Counted from the first letter of the stretch, positions 38,961-48,793 are shown. The stretch is DNA of 64,000 nt from an uncultured virus (IMG/VR IMGVR_UViG_3300011612_000001) (IMGVR_UViG_3300011612_000001:1-64000); one strand, 5' to 3'. Program-made: numbers and translations. The notes: generated by a model from the letters alone, not told the origin.

Positions 38961-39413
38961 TCACTTTAAACATTGATTACGTACGTAATCCTGCAATCCT
39001 GTCAGTTGCTTTGTGACGGTTTCGATTCGCTCTCTGAGGGTGAAATAATCCCGCTCAGCGGCGTCAGTAAGTCGGGGGCCGGTTGCATCATCCATGCCGG
39101 TGGCGCTGGTCGCTCCGTTCGCGGGACATCTGGCGGAGATTTGCAGCCGCTTACGGCCAGCAGCAACATCACGCTCAAGCTGATTAATATTTTCCTGAGC
39201 ATCAGCCAACTCCTTCGTGTATTTAGCGTCGAGTGCCGCGTTGTCACGCTGGCGCACTGTCATGTCGGCTATGGTGTCGTTCGCCAGCTTCAGGTTTTGC
39301 TCGGCATCATCAGCGCGCTTATTCGCATCACTTACCTGACCGAGCAGGACGTAAATAATCAGGACGGACAAGAGCAGTTCAATGCCGATAATCAGCCAGG
39401 CTTTAGAGGTCAT
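38961..39413 (-). CDS. Rz: Rz inner-membrane spanin
   Basis: N-terminal TM, LDAKYTKELADA, ERDYFTLRERI. Confidence 0.9.
   Translation of the reverse strand: MTSKAWLIIGIELLLSVLIIYVLLGQVSDANKRADDAEQNLKLANDTIADMTVRQRDNAALDAKYTKELADAQENINQLERDVAAGRKRLQISARCPANGATSATGMDDATGPRLTDAAERDYFTLRERIETVTKQLTGLQDYVRNQCLK
39002..39202 (-). CDS. Rz1: Rz1 outer-membrane spanin (embedded)
   Basis: Lipobox AVSGC, PAPPAWMM. Confidence 0.85.
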   Translation of the reverse strand: MLRKILISLSVMLLLAVSGCKSPPDVPRTERPAPPAWMMQPAPDLLTPLSGIISPSESESKPSQSN

Positions 39414-39906
39414 TTTTACTCTCCGCCAGGCACATTGATCGCTCCATCTCTCGACGGTTCTGCAATCCCTTCCACTTCATACCGCCTGCGTAAACCCAGC
39501 GGCGCATCTCTTCGCAAGCCCCGTTATGGTCGCCCTTATTGAGTTTGCGAAGCAGCGTTGATTTGGAAAATGCGTCGGAGCCAACATTGAACACGAAGCT
39601 GTACAGCGCCGCCCGCTGGTATTCGTTCAGCGGCACTTTTACCAGTTTGTCCACAGTGCGCTTTGCGGGTTGCAGGTCTTTCCACAGCAACTGATCGCAC
39701 TCCTGGTCGGTATAACGCTTGCCGCGAATGATGTCGGTGCCAGTGTGGCCATCGCACACCGTCCAGACGCCAGCAACATCTTTATAGGCTTCGTACTTGC
39801 GCCCCTCAACGCCATCCTTACCGCCGAGAAATACCGTGGCAATAATCATTGCTCCACCGCCCGCAGCGGCCAGCAATTTATTCCGCAGTGATGATGGAAT
39901 TGCCAT
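39403..39906 (-). CDS. SAR endolysin (GH24)
   Basis: N-terminal Ala/Gly SAR helix; EG..YKDVAGVWTVCDGHT. Confidence 0.9.
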   Translation of the reverse strand: MAIPSSLRNKLLAAAGGGAMIIATVFLGGKDGVEGRKYEAYKDVAGVWTVCDGHTGTDIIRGKRYTDQECDQLLWKDLQPAKRTVDKLVKVPLNEYQRAALYSFVFNVGSDAFSKSTLLRKLNKGDHNGACEEMRRWVYAGGMKWKGLQNRREMERSMCLAESKNDL

Positions 39907-39908
39907 GG

Positions 39909-40148
39909 TCATTCCTCGATTGTGGGACCGTTTACCGGCCACTTGCGAAGGGCTTCGATCTGCGCCAGTGTGGTTTTCCGCTTGTAATACCAGTTAATGG
40001 CAAACGTCAGCAGCGCAACCACAATGCCCGCGATAACGCCAATGGCGCTCCACTCGTCAGGGCTAAGCCGGGTCAGCAAGCCATTAGCCACCGTCCCGGC
40101 TGATGCGCCATAGGCAGCGCCAGAAGCTAATTTGCTCATATTGGACAT
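39909..40148 (-). CDS. Class II holin (pinholin-like) with possible dual start
   Basis: MSNMSKLASGAAYG..WSAIG..INWYYK. Confidence 0.85.
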   Translation of the reverse strand: MSNMSKLASGAAYGASAGTVANGLLTRLSPDEWSAIGVIAGIVVALLTFAINWYYKRKTTLAQIEALRKWPVNGPTIEE

Positions 40149-40351
40149 GTCTCTCACCTCGCTGTTATGCGGGTGCTGTGCGTAGTTGAAATCAGGCCAC
40201 GGACACTCAGATAAAGGTTCGATGGGGGTTGATTGTCCGGGCCTGAAAATAAAAACCCCGGCATTAGCCAGGGTAAGAGGATGTTCTTTTTCGAGTTGCT
40301 TTCATGAGCCGAATGCGGGAGTGATTCGGCTCATGTTTTGATGCGAATGTG

Positions 40352-40426
40352 TGGTGCCGGGCAAAGGAATCGAACCTCTGACGCGCAGCTTACAAGGCTG
40401 CCGTTCTGCCACTGAACTAGACCGGC
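40352..40426 (-). tRNA. tRNA-Thr(TGT)
   Basis: Cloverleaf, loop CTTGTAA, TTCGA, CCA; one acceptor mismatch. Confidence 0.85.
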
Positions 40427-40431
40427 TTATT

Positions 40432-40507
40432 TGGTGGAACCCGATGGAATCGAACCATCTCCTAATGCTCTTCAGGCATCCGCGCGAACCATCTACGCCA
40501 GAGTTCC
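40432..40507 (-). tRNA. tRNA with GAA (Phe) anticodon, atypical D-arm
   Basis: GGAACTC/GGGTTCC acceptor, loop CTGAAGA, GTTCGATTC, ACCA. Confidence 0.7.
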
Positions 40508-40513
40508 GTAATT

Positions 40514-40588
40514 TGGCGGGACAGGAAGGATTCGAACCTTCGACCATTCGGTTAACAGCCGAACGCACAACCGCTGTGCTTCTGACCA
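40514..40588 (-). tRNA. tRNA-Asn(GTT), degenerate
   Basis: Loop CTGTTAA, GTTCGAATC, GCCA; two acceptor mismatches and A at position 8. Confidence 0.65.
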
Positions 40589-40700
40589 GGAAATAAAAAA
40601 GCCCAAGGCGTTAACCTCGGGCTCTAAACCTGTTTACTGCCAGTGCGTACAACATTGGCACGATATCAAATTAGGCTCAATATTGGCCCATTTAGTTCAT

Positions 40701-41381
40701 TTATGCAATACCTTGCTGATAATTAGTTGCCTTTTGTTGTGAACGTGATCGCGAAACCTGAATAAGAGACTGCGAATCAAGGCGTTTAAATATGCTTACC
40801 ATGCACTCCCAGTGCTCTACATAGTTCTGAGACCAGTTGGACTTAGTAACACCAACGAGCGCGGCGAGGTCTGCATATTGATAAGGATCGCTACCTGACA
40901 GGGTGGCTTTAGTGTCCTGCGCAGCAAGCCAGATTAGCGCTTTCAGTCTTTCCAGTGTTTTCCCGGCAATCTTTCGCGCGCCCAGTTGCGCACTAAACTC
41001 TGCCCAGGCCCATCGGGTGATCGCCACCTGGTATTCAAACCGAATGTTTTCGCTGTAGCTCCATAACAGCCAGGCCTTTTGATGCTCATCCATACTCATC
41101 ACCGCGCGGCGCCATGATGCTGTGGAATACTCTACCGGCTGAACCAGCGCTATAGATGAGCCTTTCGCCCTGCTCTGTTGTCCTGGAACGGGATCGCCGG
41201 TAAGCGTGATCATCTTCCCGGTTACCTCATCCCGAACGCGCAGGCGTTTACGCTTCAGTCGATTTGTGTCGAATTGAGCGTTCTCGGTCCACGCTACCAG
41301 TTGCCCCTTTGTCGCGCCGCTCAGATCGGCGGTTGCGGTCATTAACTCCTGACGAACATACTGCAAATATTGCTGAGTCAT
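40701..41381 (-). CDS. Q: Late antiterminator Q
   Basis: ADLSGATKGQL, STASWRRAV; last gene before tRNA/lysis block. Confidence 0.8.
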   Translation of the reverse strand: MTQQYLQYVRQELMTATADLSGATKGQLVAWTENAQFDTNRLKRKRLRVRDEVTGKMITLTGDPVPGQQSRAKGSSIALVQPVEYSTASWRRAVMSMDEHQKAWLLWSYSENIRFEYQVAITRWAWAEFSAQLGARKIAGKTLERLKALIWLAAQDTKATLSGSDPYQYADLAALVGVTKSNWSQNYVEHWECMVSIFKRLDSQSLIQVSRSRSQQKATNYQQGIA

Positions 41382-41624
41382 ACCGCCACTCCTGTTCTGG
41401 CTTTACGTCGTTTCTCGTCGTTTTTGATGATCCGCTCTATCAGCTCGTCCTGGGTTCTTCGTGTCGGCAAATGCCCCAGAGCGCGCATCATTGACTCTCT
41501 CTGATACCGGTTAATTTGCTCACGCGTCAGGCTCATACCTTCCCTGCCTTGCTGGCGTACCAGTCGATAATCAGCAGGATGGACAGCATGGCTACATAAC
41601 TGATCTGGTAGATGGTTTCGGTCG

Positions 41625-41843
41625 TCATGCCATTGCCCTCGCAATAGCTTTGTAACCTCTTAGTGCATGAGCACTGGTGCCGGATAATGTTATCTGGAAG
41701 GTGAGCCCTTTCGATTCCCAGCGCAGCAAGGGCGCAGCTACCGATCCAGAATCAGCGATGCGTTGAGCCTTCCGCAGTTGCCAGAACGGTCCAGTAATCC
41801 AGATGCGGGCATGTGCGCCCATATCGCAATAAGTGACTTTCAT
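41625..41843 (-). CDS. Nin-region hypothetical protein
   Basis: 72 aa, coupled to ninG. Confidence 0.5.
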   Translation of the reverse strand: MKVTYCDMGAHARIWITGPFWQLRKAQRIADSGSVAAPLLRWESKGLTFQITLSGTSAHALRGYKAIARAMA

Positions 41844-42445
41844 ACGGCCTCCTGCTGTTTCAGCGCCCGCAGATTAGCCCTGGCTTCAGCACGGATGCCG
41901 TCCAGTTCTTCGCGGGTGTATCGGTGGGTTTCGTTGTTGTGTTCCAGTGCCAGAACGCGTTCTTCGCCAATCAGTTCAACCAGTGCGGTACGATAGGCTT
42001 CGATGTTCCCCGACTTATGGACGTTACAGGATGGGCACTGGAGCCAGATATTGTCCGGGTTGAAGCGTAACTGCGGCGCGGCGGCGGTAGTTCGGTAGTG
42101 CCCCGCATGCCAGGCGAATGCTGCTTTCGTACCGCAGGATATGCAGCCATGCCCGGCTGCCAGAAGCATTTCCCGTCGCCAGTCATTTACCGCGCGCTGC
42201 GTCATCTGAATCCAGTAGCGGATCGGTTTTAACTCTTTTCGGCGTTCGGCGCGGCGCTGGCGACCTGCTTTTTCCGCCTGGTGCTGCTCTTTAATTTTTG
42301 CGGCCGCATCCTTAACTTTCTTCCTGGCGTGCAACTCCAGCGCGTAGATGGCACCGTGACCGGGTGAGCACCACCAGATATTTGCGTACTGAGGGTGAAA
42401 CCATTCCCCACAGACTTTGCACTTACGGCGGGCTGGCTTACTCAT
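41840..42445 (-). CDS. ninG: NinG/Rap endonuclease
   Basis: CKVC, CISCG, AGHYR, NIWLQC..CN. Confidence 0.88.
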   Translation of the reverse strand: MSKPARRKCKVCGEWFHPQYANIWWCSPGHGAIYALELHARKKVKDAAAKIKEQHQAEKAGRQRRAERRKELKPIRYWIQMTQRAVNDWRREMLLAAGHGCISCGTKAAFAWHAGHYRTTAAAPQLRFNPDNIWLQCPSCNVHKSGNIEAYRTALVELIGEERVLALEHNNETHRYTREELDGIRAEARANLRALKQQEAV

Positions 42446-43106
42446 GGGCACCGCCCTGCAACTGGCGAATAGTTAGGTTGCCGCAGAAAACAGCACCGGT
42501 GTCGATGTAATACTGATTAGCGAATCGCAGCGGCATGCGCGCCGGAGTGTGGCCGAAAATGAATAGGTCGGCTCCTTTGATTTCTCTCGCCATGCCGTCC
42601 TGTGAATCGGAGATGCGTTCGCGGTTCCATATCACCTGCTGGGTATCGACGGGCTTGTCGAACTCATATTCATCGTGCGGATAGTCGGCGTGACAGATGA
42701 TGTATTTTTTATCGCCGGTCACCAGTTCGATGATCAGCGGAAGTTCTGCGACTTTATGCGCCAGCGCTTTCGCCAGAATCTCTTTGTCGTAATCGAGGTA
42801 GAAGAACCAGTCACCGCCATTGGCGATCCAGTGGTTAACGTTGCCATGTGGGGACAGGCCATCCAACATCATCTGTTCGTGGTTACCACGCACTGCACGG
42901 AACCAGGATTGATTAATCAGGTCCAGGCATTCGACGCTCTCGGCGCCGCGGTCGATGAGGTCACCAACCGAGATCAGCAGATCGCGCGCCGGGTCGAATT
43001 CAACTCGGTCCAGTTCAGACATCAGGAGCGTGTAGCAACCGTGCAGATCGCCAACTACCCAGATATTGCGCCAGTCAGCGCCGTTGATGCGTTGATAGAT
43101 GCTCAT
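42438..43106 (-). CDS. ninI: Ser/Thr protein phosphatase (lambda NinI-like)
   Basis: GDLHG, GDLIDRG, RGNHE, FGHTP, IDTG. Confidence 0.92.
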   Translation of the reverse strand: MSIYQRINGADWRNIWVVGDLHGCYTLLMSELDRVEFDPARDLLISVGDLIDRGAESVECLDLINQSWFRAVRGNHEQMMLDGLSPHGNVNHWIANGGDWFFYLDYDKEILAKALAHKVAELPLIIELVTGDKKYIICHADYPHDEYEFDKPVDTQQVIWNRERISDSQDGMAREIKGADLFIFGHTPARMPLRFANQYYIDTGAVFCGNLTIRQLQGGAHE

Positions 43107-43273
43107 ACATGATTCCTTCTGGCAGCAAGGCGAAGCCATTTCTGGTCAACCAGGCGGGCCGTGTAGTCTTTGAGTGTGGGTATGTCGGACGGCTTAATTT
43201 CCACCTTGCGCTGACGGCGCGAGGGGATGCGGAAGATCGACCGCTCCATCACTTTTGCGAGTGGGCTATGCAT
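43103..43273 (-). CDS. NinE-like protein
   Basis: [34 protein letters not shown]. Confidence 0.65.
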   Translation of the reverse strand: MHSPLAKVMERSIFRIPSRRQRKVEIKPSDIPTLKDYTARLVDQKWLRLAARRNHV

Positions 43274-43277
43274 CAGT

Positions 43278-43874
43278 TCACCCCGCGAAGTTCATAAGTT
43301 GAGCGGCGGCACTTTCTGCCTCCGCCTGATCGCGAAATGCGCGTGACAATATCCAGCGCCACAGAACATCCAGAGCGGCCCGGTACAACTGCTGGAACTC
43401 GGTCTCGTCCATGTTGGCAAAAGAGATGCTTCGGGGGTGCTTACGGAGAGTGCCGTCAGGCAACTGGATAGCGTCGTAGTGGCCCGCTTCGACAATCACC
43501 CATGCACGATAGGCATCGAATGATTTGCAGATGCTGATACTGCCAGATCGCTTGTCAGCGATGCGATCGAGATACTGTTCAGCCGCATCCATCAACGAGG
43601 CTTCACTACCGCCAAACGATGCGAGATAACGGGCGTAACCAGTCACCAACTTGCGCTCGTTTGATGAAATAGCGCCGCCGGTAGGTTCCCAGTAATCGAA
43701 GCCCAGATTGAGTAGTGCGAAGAATCGGCGGTGAAATGCCGGGTTGCGCACTTTTTTGAAATCGGCAACCAGTACGGTTCCGAGTTTGCATTTCGAATGC
43801 AAAAAGTCGCTGGTCTCCACAGATGCGGGGATCAGGACGCCAGAGGATTGCTTGATAAGGTGTAGCTGCGCCAT
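43278..43874 (-). CDS. DUF1367-family protein
   Basis: RNPAFHRRFFALL..SISFANMDETEFQQLY. Confidence 0.8.
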   Translation of the reverse strand: MAQLHLIKQSSGVLIPASVETSDFLHSKCKLGTVLVADFKKVRNPAFHRRFFALLNLGFDYWEPTGGAISSNERKLVTGYARYLASFGGSEASLMDAAEQYLDRIADKRSGSISICKSFDAYRAWVIVEAGHYDAIQLPDGTLRKHPRSISFANMDETEFQQLYRAALDVLWRWILSRAFRDQAEAESAAAQLMNFAG

Positions 43875-44014
43875 GGTGTTCTCCATAGCGCGGGTAATCA
43901 GCGTCAGTTGTTCAGGCTGACACTGTTATTATGCACAGGGTTTTGGTGGTTTCAAACCTAAAGAATAAAAAAAGCCCCGCTAATGCGAGGCTCTGTTCGT
44001 TGCTGATTCAGGCA

Positions 44015-44212
44015 TCACTCACCGCCCGGTTTCATCTTGCGAATCTCAAACGGGTGAACGGGGACGGCTTTCATTTCGCCATCATCCAGCGCTGTAAGCT
44101 GTGCAGAAACCAGTTTGGCTTCCCACTCGTTCAGAACGCGAAGATAACCCTGACCGGTTGCTGCGTCGGTGAATACCAGCGCCGCGTTAGTCAACTCTAC
44201 GGTGTGCATCAT
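44015..44212 (-). CDS. Hypothetical protein
   Basis: 65 aa, followed by terminator at about 43966-43992. Confidence 0.5.
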   Translation of the reverse strand: MMHTVELTNAALVFTDAATGQGYLRVLNEWEAKLVSAQLTALDDGEMKAVPVHPFEIRKMKPGGE

Positions 44213-45054
44213 TCAGCCTCCTGCTTCGGTGCGGCCGGCAGCGGCATCCAGTGGGTGGCGATAAAGATATCGCCATTGCTCAACTGGAATGCGCACCTAT
44301 CCCCTGCATCCAAGTAAACTGGCAACGCAATTACCATGTCTTCGTGCTCATCAGTAACTAGCACGGAAAAGTAAAATTCAGGCATCCGCTCACCGCACGG
44401 AATCCAGCCCTGCGCAGGTTCGGCAAACTCAAGCACCTCTCGCACCGCTTCAAACGCCGGAGTGACATACTCGACATCCTCCTCACATACGGCATCCAAT
44501 GCGTTTAGCGTATCGCCCATGAACGACATGGCCTGTAGAGCTTTTCCCAGGGCATCGATAACATTGGCCGGCAACGTGTAAGGCTGGCTTACAGGTTCGG
44601 CACCCTGAAGCATGGCGGCGCGGCAGGCGTTCCATCCCTCATCGAATCCAATGATGCCATTATTCAGGGATGGGCGCTCATCCGGCACGCTCGTAACTTG
44701 CGGGGCTGCGTAGAGTGGGATTAATTTTCCCACCGTTTTTGTCATGGCATCCGAAAATGACGTGTATGCAGGCGTAAAAATAATGTCTGCATCTGCCAAA
44801 TCATCCTTCATTACCCACGCTACAGGCTCCGCATCTGCGCGGTACTGCTGTAGCTCGCGGGCCATCGCTTTGAAAATCTCACACATTTGTTTGACTATTT
44901 CAGGGGTAGCATTCAGTGCCTTCACGCCATCTAATAACTGGCGCATATTCGTGCTGTCATCTTCGGTAGTGACTGCCAGTGCTGTAATAAAATCGTCAGC
45001 GGCCTCAATAATTTTATCGAGCGTTTCTGGTGATACGCGTTCGTTGATTGTCAT
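44209..45054 (-). CDS. Eaa/DUF551-type mosaic protein
   Basis: EPVAW, PLYAAP, GWNACRAAML, WIPCGERMP..THWMPLP. Confidence 0.75.
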   Translation of the reverse strand: MTINERVSPETLDKIIEAADDFITALAVTTEDDSTNMRQLLDGVKALNATPEIVKQMCEIFKAMARELQQYRADAEPVAWVMKDDLADADIIFTPAYTSFSDAMTKTVGKLIPLYAAPQVTSVPDERPSLNNGIIGFDEGWNACRAAMLQGAEPVSQPYTLPANVIDALGKALQAMSFMGDTLNALDAVCEEDVEYVTPAFEAVREVLEFAEPAQGWIPCGERMPEFYFSVLVTDEHEDMVIALPVYLDAGDRCAFQLSNGDIFIATHWMPLPAAPKQEAE

Positions 45055-45205
45055 TCTGCAACCTTATGCCCGCATACCGGGCAGTGATTAAACTTGTTGG
45101 CGANNNNNNNNNNNNNNNNNNNNNNNNNNCTTTCGCCCATAGACCTTCGTAAATCCAACGTGAGCCAATCATCCCGACGATACAAACGCTGCATTTGTCA
45201 GGCAT
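45051..45205 (-). CDS. Small Zn-finger protein interrupted by an N gap
   Basis: MPDKCSVC.. before and ..ANKFNHCPVCGHKVAE* after 26 N (45104-45129). Confidence 0.5.
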
Positions 45206-45210
45206 ACCCC

Positions 45211-45882
45211 TCACACCTCCACCGTTAAATTGATGCCAGCTTTAGTCAGCGCCGTTTTCCATTGCTCGTCACGATATGCCGCCGACGCATTCCATCCGTA
45301 ATCAAACTCAGATGTTGAGCTACCATCAGAGTCGCCTTTCCTCTCAGGCAGCCTCACAGTGACCGTCCGCGCTTCCAGTTCGGCTATGCGCTTATTCGCT
45401 GCCGTTAATTCGGACATGTGCTCCCGCAGACTATCTGTGGCAGCTTCCAGCATGTCCCAGTCGGGATTGAAGTTTGCCAGTTGAGCCAATCGCTCTTTCA
45501 GGAAAGCCGTTTTCTTCTCCAGTGCAGCTACCCGGCCGGCGCTCTTTGTTGCGATGGCAGCGTAATCAACCAGGCGTTTATCTTGCTCAGCAATCAACGC
45601 ATCTTTCCGCTCCAGTTCATCAAGCAGCGCCAGCACGTCAGGGTCGGAGTTATTAGCGACAGTTACGCGGGACCGCGCGTAGTGGTTGTCGGCAAAATCC
45701 CGACCTTCGGCGAAAACGTACCCGTCACCATCCGAATCCACCCGACCAGTACACCCATATACCAAACTGCCGCCCCCGGCCCGCTGGATTGTCATTTCTG
45801 CGCCGCAGATATGGCATTTTGGCGCGTTCTGCTCCTGATATCGTTCGCGCAGTTGCGCCAGTTGTTCTGCTGTCATGGTCAT
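45211..45882 (-). CDS. Ead/Ea22-like protein
   Basis: PDVLALLDELE, coiled coil, LEARTVTVRLP. Confidence 0.7.
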   Translation of the reverse strand: MTMTAEQLAQLRERYQEQNAPKCHICGAEMTIQRAGGGSLVYGCTGRVDSDGDGYVFAEGRDFADNHYARSRVTVANNSDPDVLALLDELERKDALIAEQDKRLVDYAAIATKSAGRVAALEKKTAFLKERLAQLANFNPDWDMLEAATDSLREHMSELTAANKRIAELEARTVTVRLPERKGDSDGSSTSEFDYGWNASAAYRDEQWKTALTKAGINLTVEV

Positions 45883-46091
45883 GCGGCACCACCTTTTTCC
45901 ATAGTTTCGCGAATCTCTTTGATGAGCTCCTCGGCGTCTACCTCAAACCGCTTTAATGTCCGACAGCCGCCAACTTTTGCACCAGAAATGCGAGTGCCAA
46001 AACTATCGTTAGAGACACAAAGAGATAGTCCACCATCCTGGTTGTGGCTGATTTCGATATAAACGTTACCTGGCTTTAATTGTTCGATCAT
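45879..46091 (-). CDS. Hypothetical protein
   Basis: 70 aa, coupled in operon. Confidence 0.5.
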   Translation of the reverse strand: MIEQLKPGNVYIEISHNQDGGLSLCVSNDSFGTRISGAKVGGCRTLKRFEVDAEELIKEIRETMEKGGAA

Positions 46092-46783
46092 ACCTGGCTC
46101 CCGCGAAGCTGTGCTGCATGGGCGCGGAGCATGCTGATAGCGTGATGCGCCGGCGCAAAGCGCTCCATCATCGTCAAAATGACATTGATCGCGTCATCAA
46201 CACCCACCGCCCGCTGTTCGTTCACCCATGCGTCCGTTGCGGGGGTGGGTTCCTGCGGCGATACGGCAATACGAATGGTTTCCAGTGCCGGGTCTGTTTC
46301 AACAGTCGGCACCTGGATATAACCAAACTGTACTCCGTTCATGATGAACGTGCGGCGGTCTTCACATATCGCCTTCAGCGCCGCATTCTCTGCTGCAATT
46401 TCTGTCAGTCGTTTATTCGACTGCTCCATGCCATGCTTGTAACATTCGGCGTCAATCTTGCTTTGCTTCAGTTCAGCCGCCAGCGCGTTAATGCGCTCCA
46501 CCAGATCAACCGGTGCGACGTCATCGGCATCCTGCCCGAACCCAAGTGCCTGACGAACGGCGCGAGACTCTGCCATGCGTTGGTCTGCCTCACCGGCAGG
46601 CATTGAATAGCGAGCCAGTTCAGCCGCCAGCGCATCACTACGCGCACTCTGCACGTCCAGCGCCGATGCAAGCTCGGTCAGCAAATTAGCCACGCTGCGC
46701 ACGTCGATCGCGCCGCACTCCGCTTTTAACTCAGACGCCAGATCATGCCCGGCGCGCGCCAGGCTCTTATTGTTATCTGTCAT
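46088..46783 (-). CDS. Eae-like coiled-coil protein
   Basis: AAENAALK, TPATDAW..RAVGV. Confidence 0.6.
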   Translation of the reverse strand: MTDNNKSLARAGHDLASELKAECGAIDVRSVANLLTELASALDVQSARSDALAAELARYSMPAGEADQRMAESRAVRQALGFGQDADDVAPVDLVERINALAAELKQSKIDAECYKHGMEQSNKRLTEIAAENAALKAICEDRRTFIMNGVQFGYIQVPTVETDPALETIRIAVSPQEPTPATDAWVNEQRAVGVDDAINVILTMMERFAPAHHAISMLRAHAAQLRGSQV

Positions 46784-46944
46784 TTCCGCGCTCCTTTAAT
46801 CATCAGGCTGATGTAGCGGTTATCATCCGGGCCGGGAAAACTGTGGCGTTTGAGTAACTCCGATTTGTCTGGCATTGGCTTTACTCTGTGGCGGGCTACT
46901 AATTCGTTAGGGGATATATCAGGGTTGTAGGATTGACCAATCAT
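46780..46944 (-). CDS. Small pL-operon protein (DUF2737-like)
   Basis: YNPDISPNELVARHRVKPMP..ELLKRHSFP. Confidence 0.55.
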   Translation of the reverse strand: MIGQSYNPDISPNELVARHRVKPMPDKSELLKRHSFPGPDDNRYISLMIKGARK

Positions 46945-47240
46945 GATGAGTAACCTTCTTTAAGCCGGTAAACGACGCCTCCAAGCGCCCCGTCTCCCCA
47001 TGGCTCCTTATCCAGTTGGTCCATGATGGTCTTGAGTGTTACCGGGTGGATGATGTGATACTGGTATTCCAGTAGCGTTGACCAGCCTGCGTAATAGGGG
47101 TCTATTTCGTTCAGAGACATTTCGTAAATACCGGAGCCGGATGCCACGTCCGTAAGGTCACCCATCCATCTCCATGACTCTGTAATATGGTTGCGGCTAT
47201 CCCGCCGTAGGCAGGCCAATACCTGCTGAGGTGTGAGCAT
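46941..47240 (-). CDS. Hypothetical protein
   Basis: 99 aa, GGAG SD. Confidence 0.55.
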   Translation of the reverse strand: MLTPQQVLACLRRDSRNHITESWRWMGDLTDVASGSGIYEMSLNEIDPYYAGWSTLLEYQYHIIHPVTLKTIMDQLDKEPWGDGALGGVVYRLKEGYSS

Positions 47241-47260
47241 TTTTGACTCCGGTTATTTAT

Positions 47261-47704
47261 TTAGACTGCGTGTATAGCGTGGCGAGGGAAGGGGAGTCCG
47301 ACAGGTGCAAATGGGATGTCATCATCGAAATCCATAGGCGGCTCGCTGGATTGAGACTGGTTGTTTTGCTGTGTTCGTTGCGACTGATTGTCGCTTCTTG
47401 GCGGAAGGTCAATATCCCGAACGAGAATGGTTGGTGTCTGAACTTTTTCACCGTTATCCCTGGTCCATTCTTCGATGGTAAACTCGCCAACAACCGTTAC
47501 TTTTGAACCTTTGTGCAGAAACCCGGTTAATTTCTCTGCCATCACCCCAAACATTTTGCATTGCAGCCAGGCTGTTCTGGCATTTTCACCGAAACCTGAC
47601 TTCGCGGGGATCGAAAATGTCGCAATATGCTTTCCGTTTGGTGTGACACGCAGGACGGCATCCTTGCCTAAATTCCCGCTTACCACGATATTATTAATTG
47701 CCAT
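47261..47704 (-). CDS. ssb: Single-stranded DNA-binding protein
   Basis: GNLGKD OB fold, DFDDDIPF. Confidence 0.9.
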   Translation of the reverse strand: MAINNIVVSGNLGKDAVLRVTPNGKHIATFSIPAKSGFGENARTAWLQCKMFGVMAEKLTGFLHKGSKVTVVGEFTIEEWTRDNGEKVQTPTILVRDIDLPPRSDNQSQRTQQNNQSQSSEPPMDFDDDIPFAPVGLPFPRHAIHAV

Positions 47705-48312
47705 TACGCTGTTTCTCCTTCGAGTTCATCTTTGCGAATCTGATACACGTCCTGTGCTTTTTGCTGCTCCTCTGTTCCTTCCAGCATCTTCCATGCTTTA
47801 GCGAAAGTTTGTTTAAGCTCCTCAACCGTGTTTTTACGGGAAGCCGCATCTGCGAAGGCAGTGAGGATTTGATTAGGGGTAGGGGATGGCTTAACTTGTT
47901 TCTGAGAGGCTGAATTCTGTTGGTGTTTATGCTCATCAGTATCAGCGTCTTTAGCGTCATCAATGCCGAATAATCCATTCAGGCAGTATTTGCGAGCGTA
48001 AGAGCTTGTAGCTCCAGTAACCTGAGCTGAGTCCATTCCCTTCTTGCTTTCTTCTTCTCTTGCCATAGCGCTTGCTGAGTGGCTGTTTACGCCATCAGTA
48101 ATTGTTGCCGTGGCTTTGACATAATATCTGTCACCAATCAGCACAACCTCATCAGTGATTGAGAGAAAAAGACCATTCAGCAGGGGCTTCACGCCTTCAA
48201 GAATGTCCTCACAGCTTCGGTATTTATATTTTCCGAAATTGTTGTACTGATTCTTTGGTGCGTTGAGGTGCGCCTGAATATCGGCTAATTTGGCGTAGAA
48301 TTCTTTGCTCAC
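47704..48312 (-). CDS. ERF-family single-strand annealing protein
   Basis: GATSSYARKYCLNGLFGI..DAD. Confidence 0.85.
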   Translation of the reverse strand: MSKEFYAKLADIQAHLNAPKNQYNNFGKYKYRSCEDILEGVKPLLNGLFLSITDEVVLIGDRYYVKATATITDGVNSHSASAMAREEESKKGMDSAQVTGATSSYARKYCLNGLFGIDDAKDADTDEHKHQQNSASQKQVKPSPTPNQILTAFADAASRKNTVEELKQTFAKAWKMLEGTEEQQKAQDVYQIRKDELEGETA

Positions 48313-48322
48313 AGCAATATCC

Positions 48323-48793
48323 TCATTTTATGAATGCCCACGCAAGACCACTTTTAATTCGATGGGCATGACCCCTACTGATTCCAAACTTTTTAGCTAA
48401 TTGCCCACATGAGAGTGTCGAGTCCTTAATTTCTTGCACTTTGGTTTCTGAAAGCTTGCAGCGTCCATTTCGCGTACCTTTTGCTTGTCTGTTCCTTTCA
48501 ACCATGTCCTGCGAGTTGTCTTTACAACTACCTAAGATAAGATGGTCCGGATTAATACATAACTTGTTGTCACATGTATGCCTGACAACCATTCCGTCCG
48601 GTATTTCTCCCTTAAAGACCATATAGGATGCCCTGTTGGCCCTTAGGTTTTTGTAGTTCAATCTGATCTGTCCATATCCACTGGATGCCACCGATTTATT
48701 CCAAACCCAGCACTCTCCAACTTTTTTAAATCCAGCAAGAAGCCTGTCCTCCAGTGATTTCGATTTTCTAGGTAGAGTTTTTTTCCCTTCCAT
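48323..48793 (-). CDS. HNH endonuclease
   Basis: CWVW..GYG..HTCDNKLCINPDHL. Confidence 0.85.
   Translation of the reverse strand: MEGKKTLPRKSKSLEDRLLAGFKKVGECWVWNKSVASSGYGQIRLNYKNLRANRASYMVFKGEIPDGMVVRHTCDNKLCINPDHLILGSCKDNSQDMVERNRQAKGTRNGRCKLSETKVQEIKDSTLSCGQLAKKFGISRGHAHRIKSGLAWAFIK

Larger units (their letters stand above)
13604..44000 (-). mobile_element. Prophage 1, late half (contractile tail), right boundary uncertain
   Basis: Continuous leftward nin-Q-lysis-terminase-head-sheath-baseplate-fibre order ending at att. Confidence 0.88.

Noticed and set aside
40302..40596. ORFs overlapping the tRNA cluster
   Set aside because: Explained by the tRNA genes
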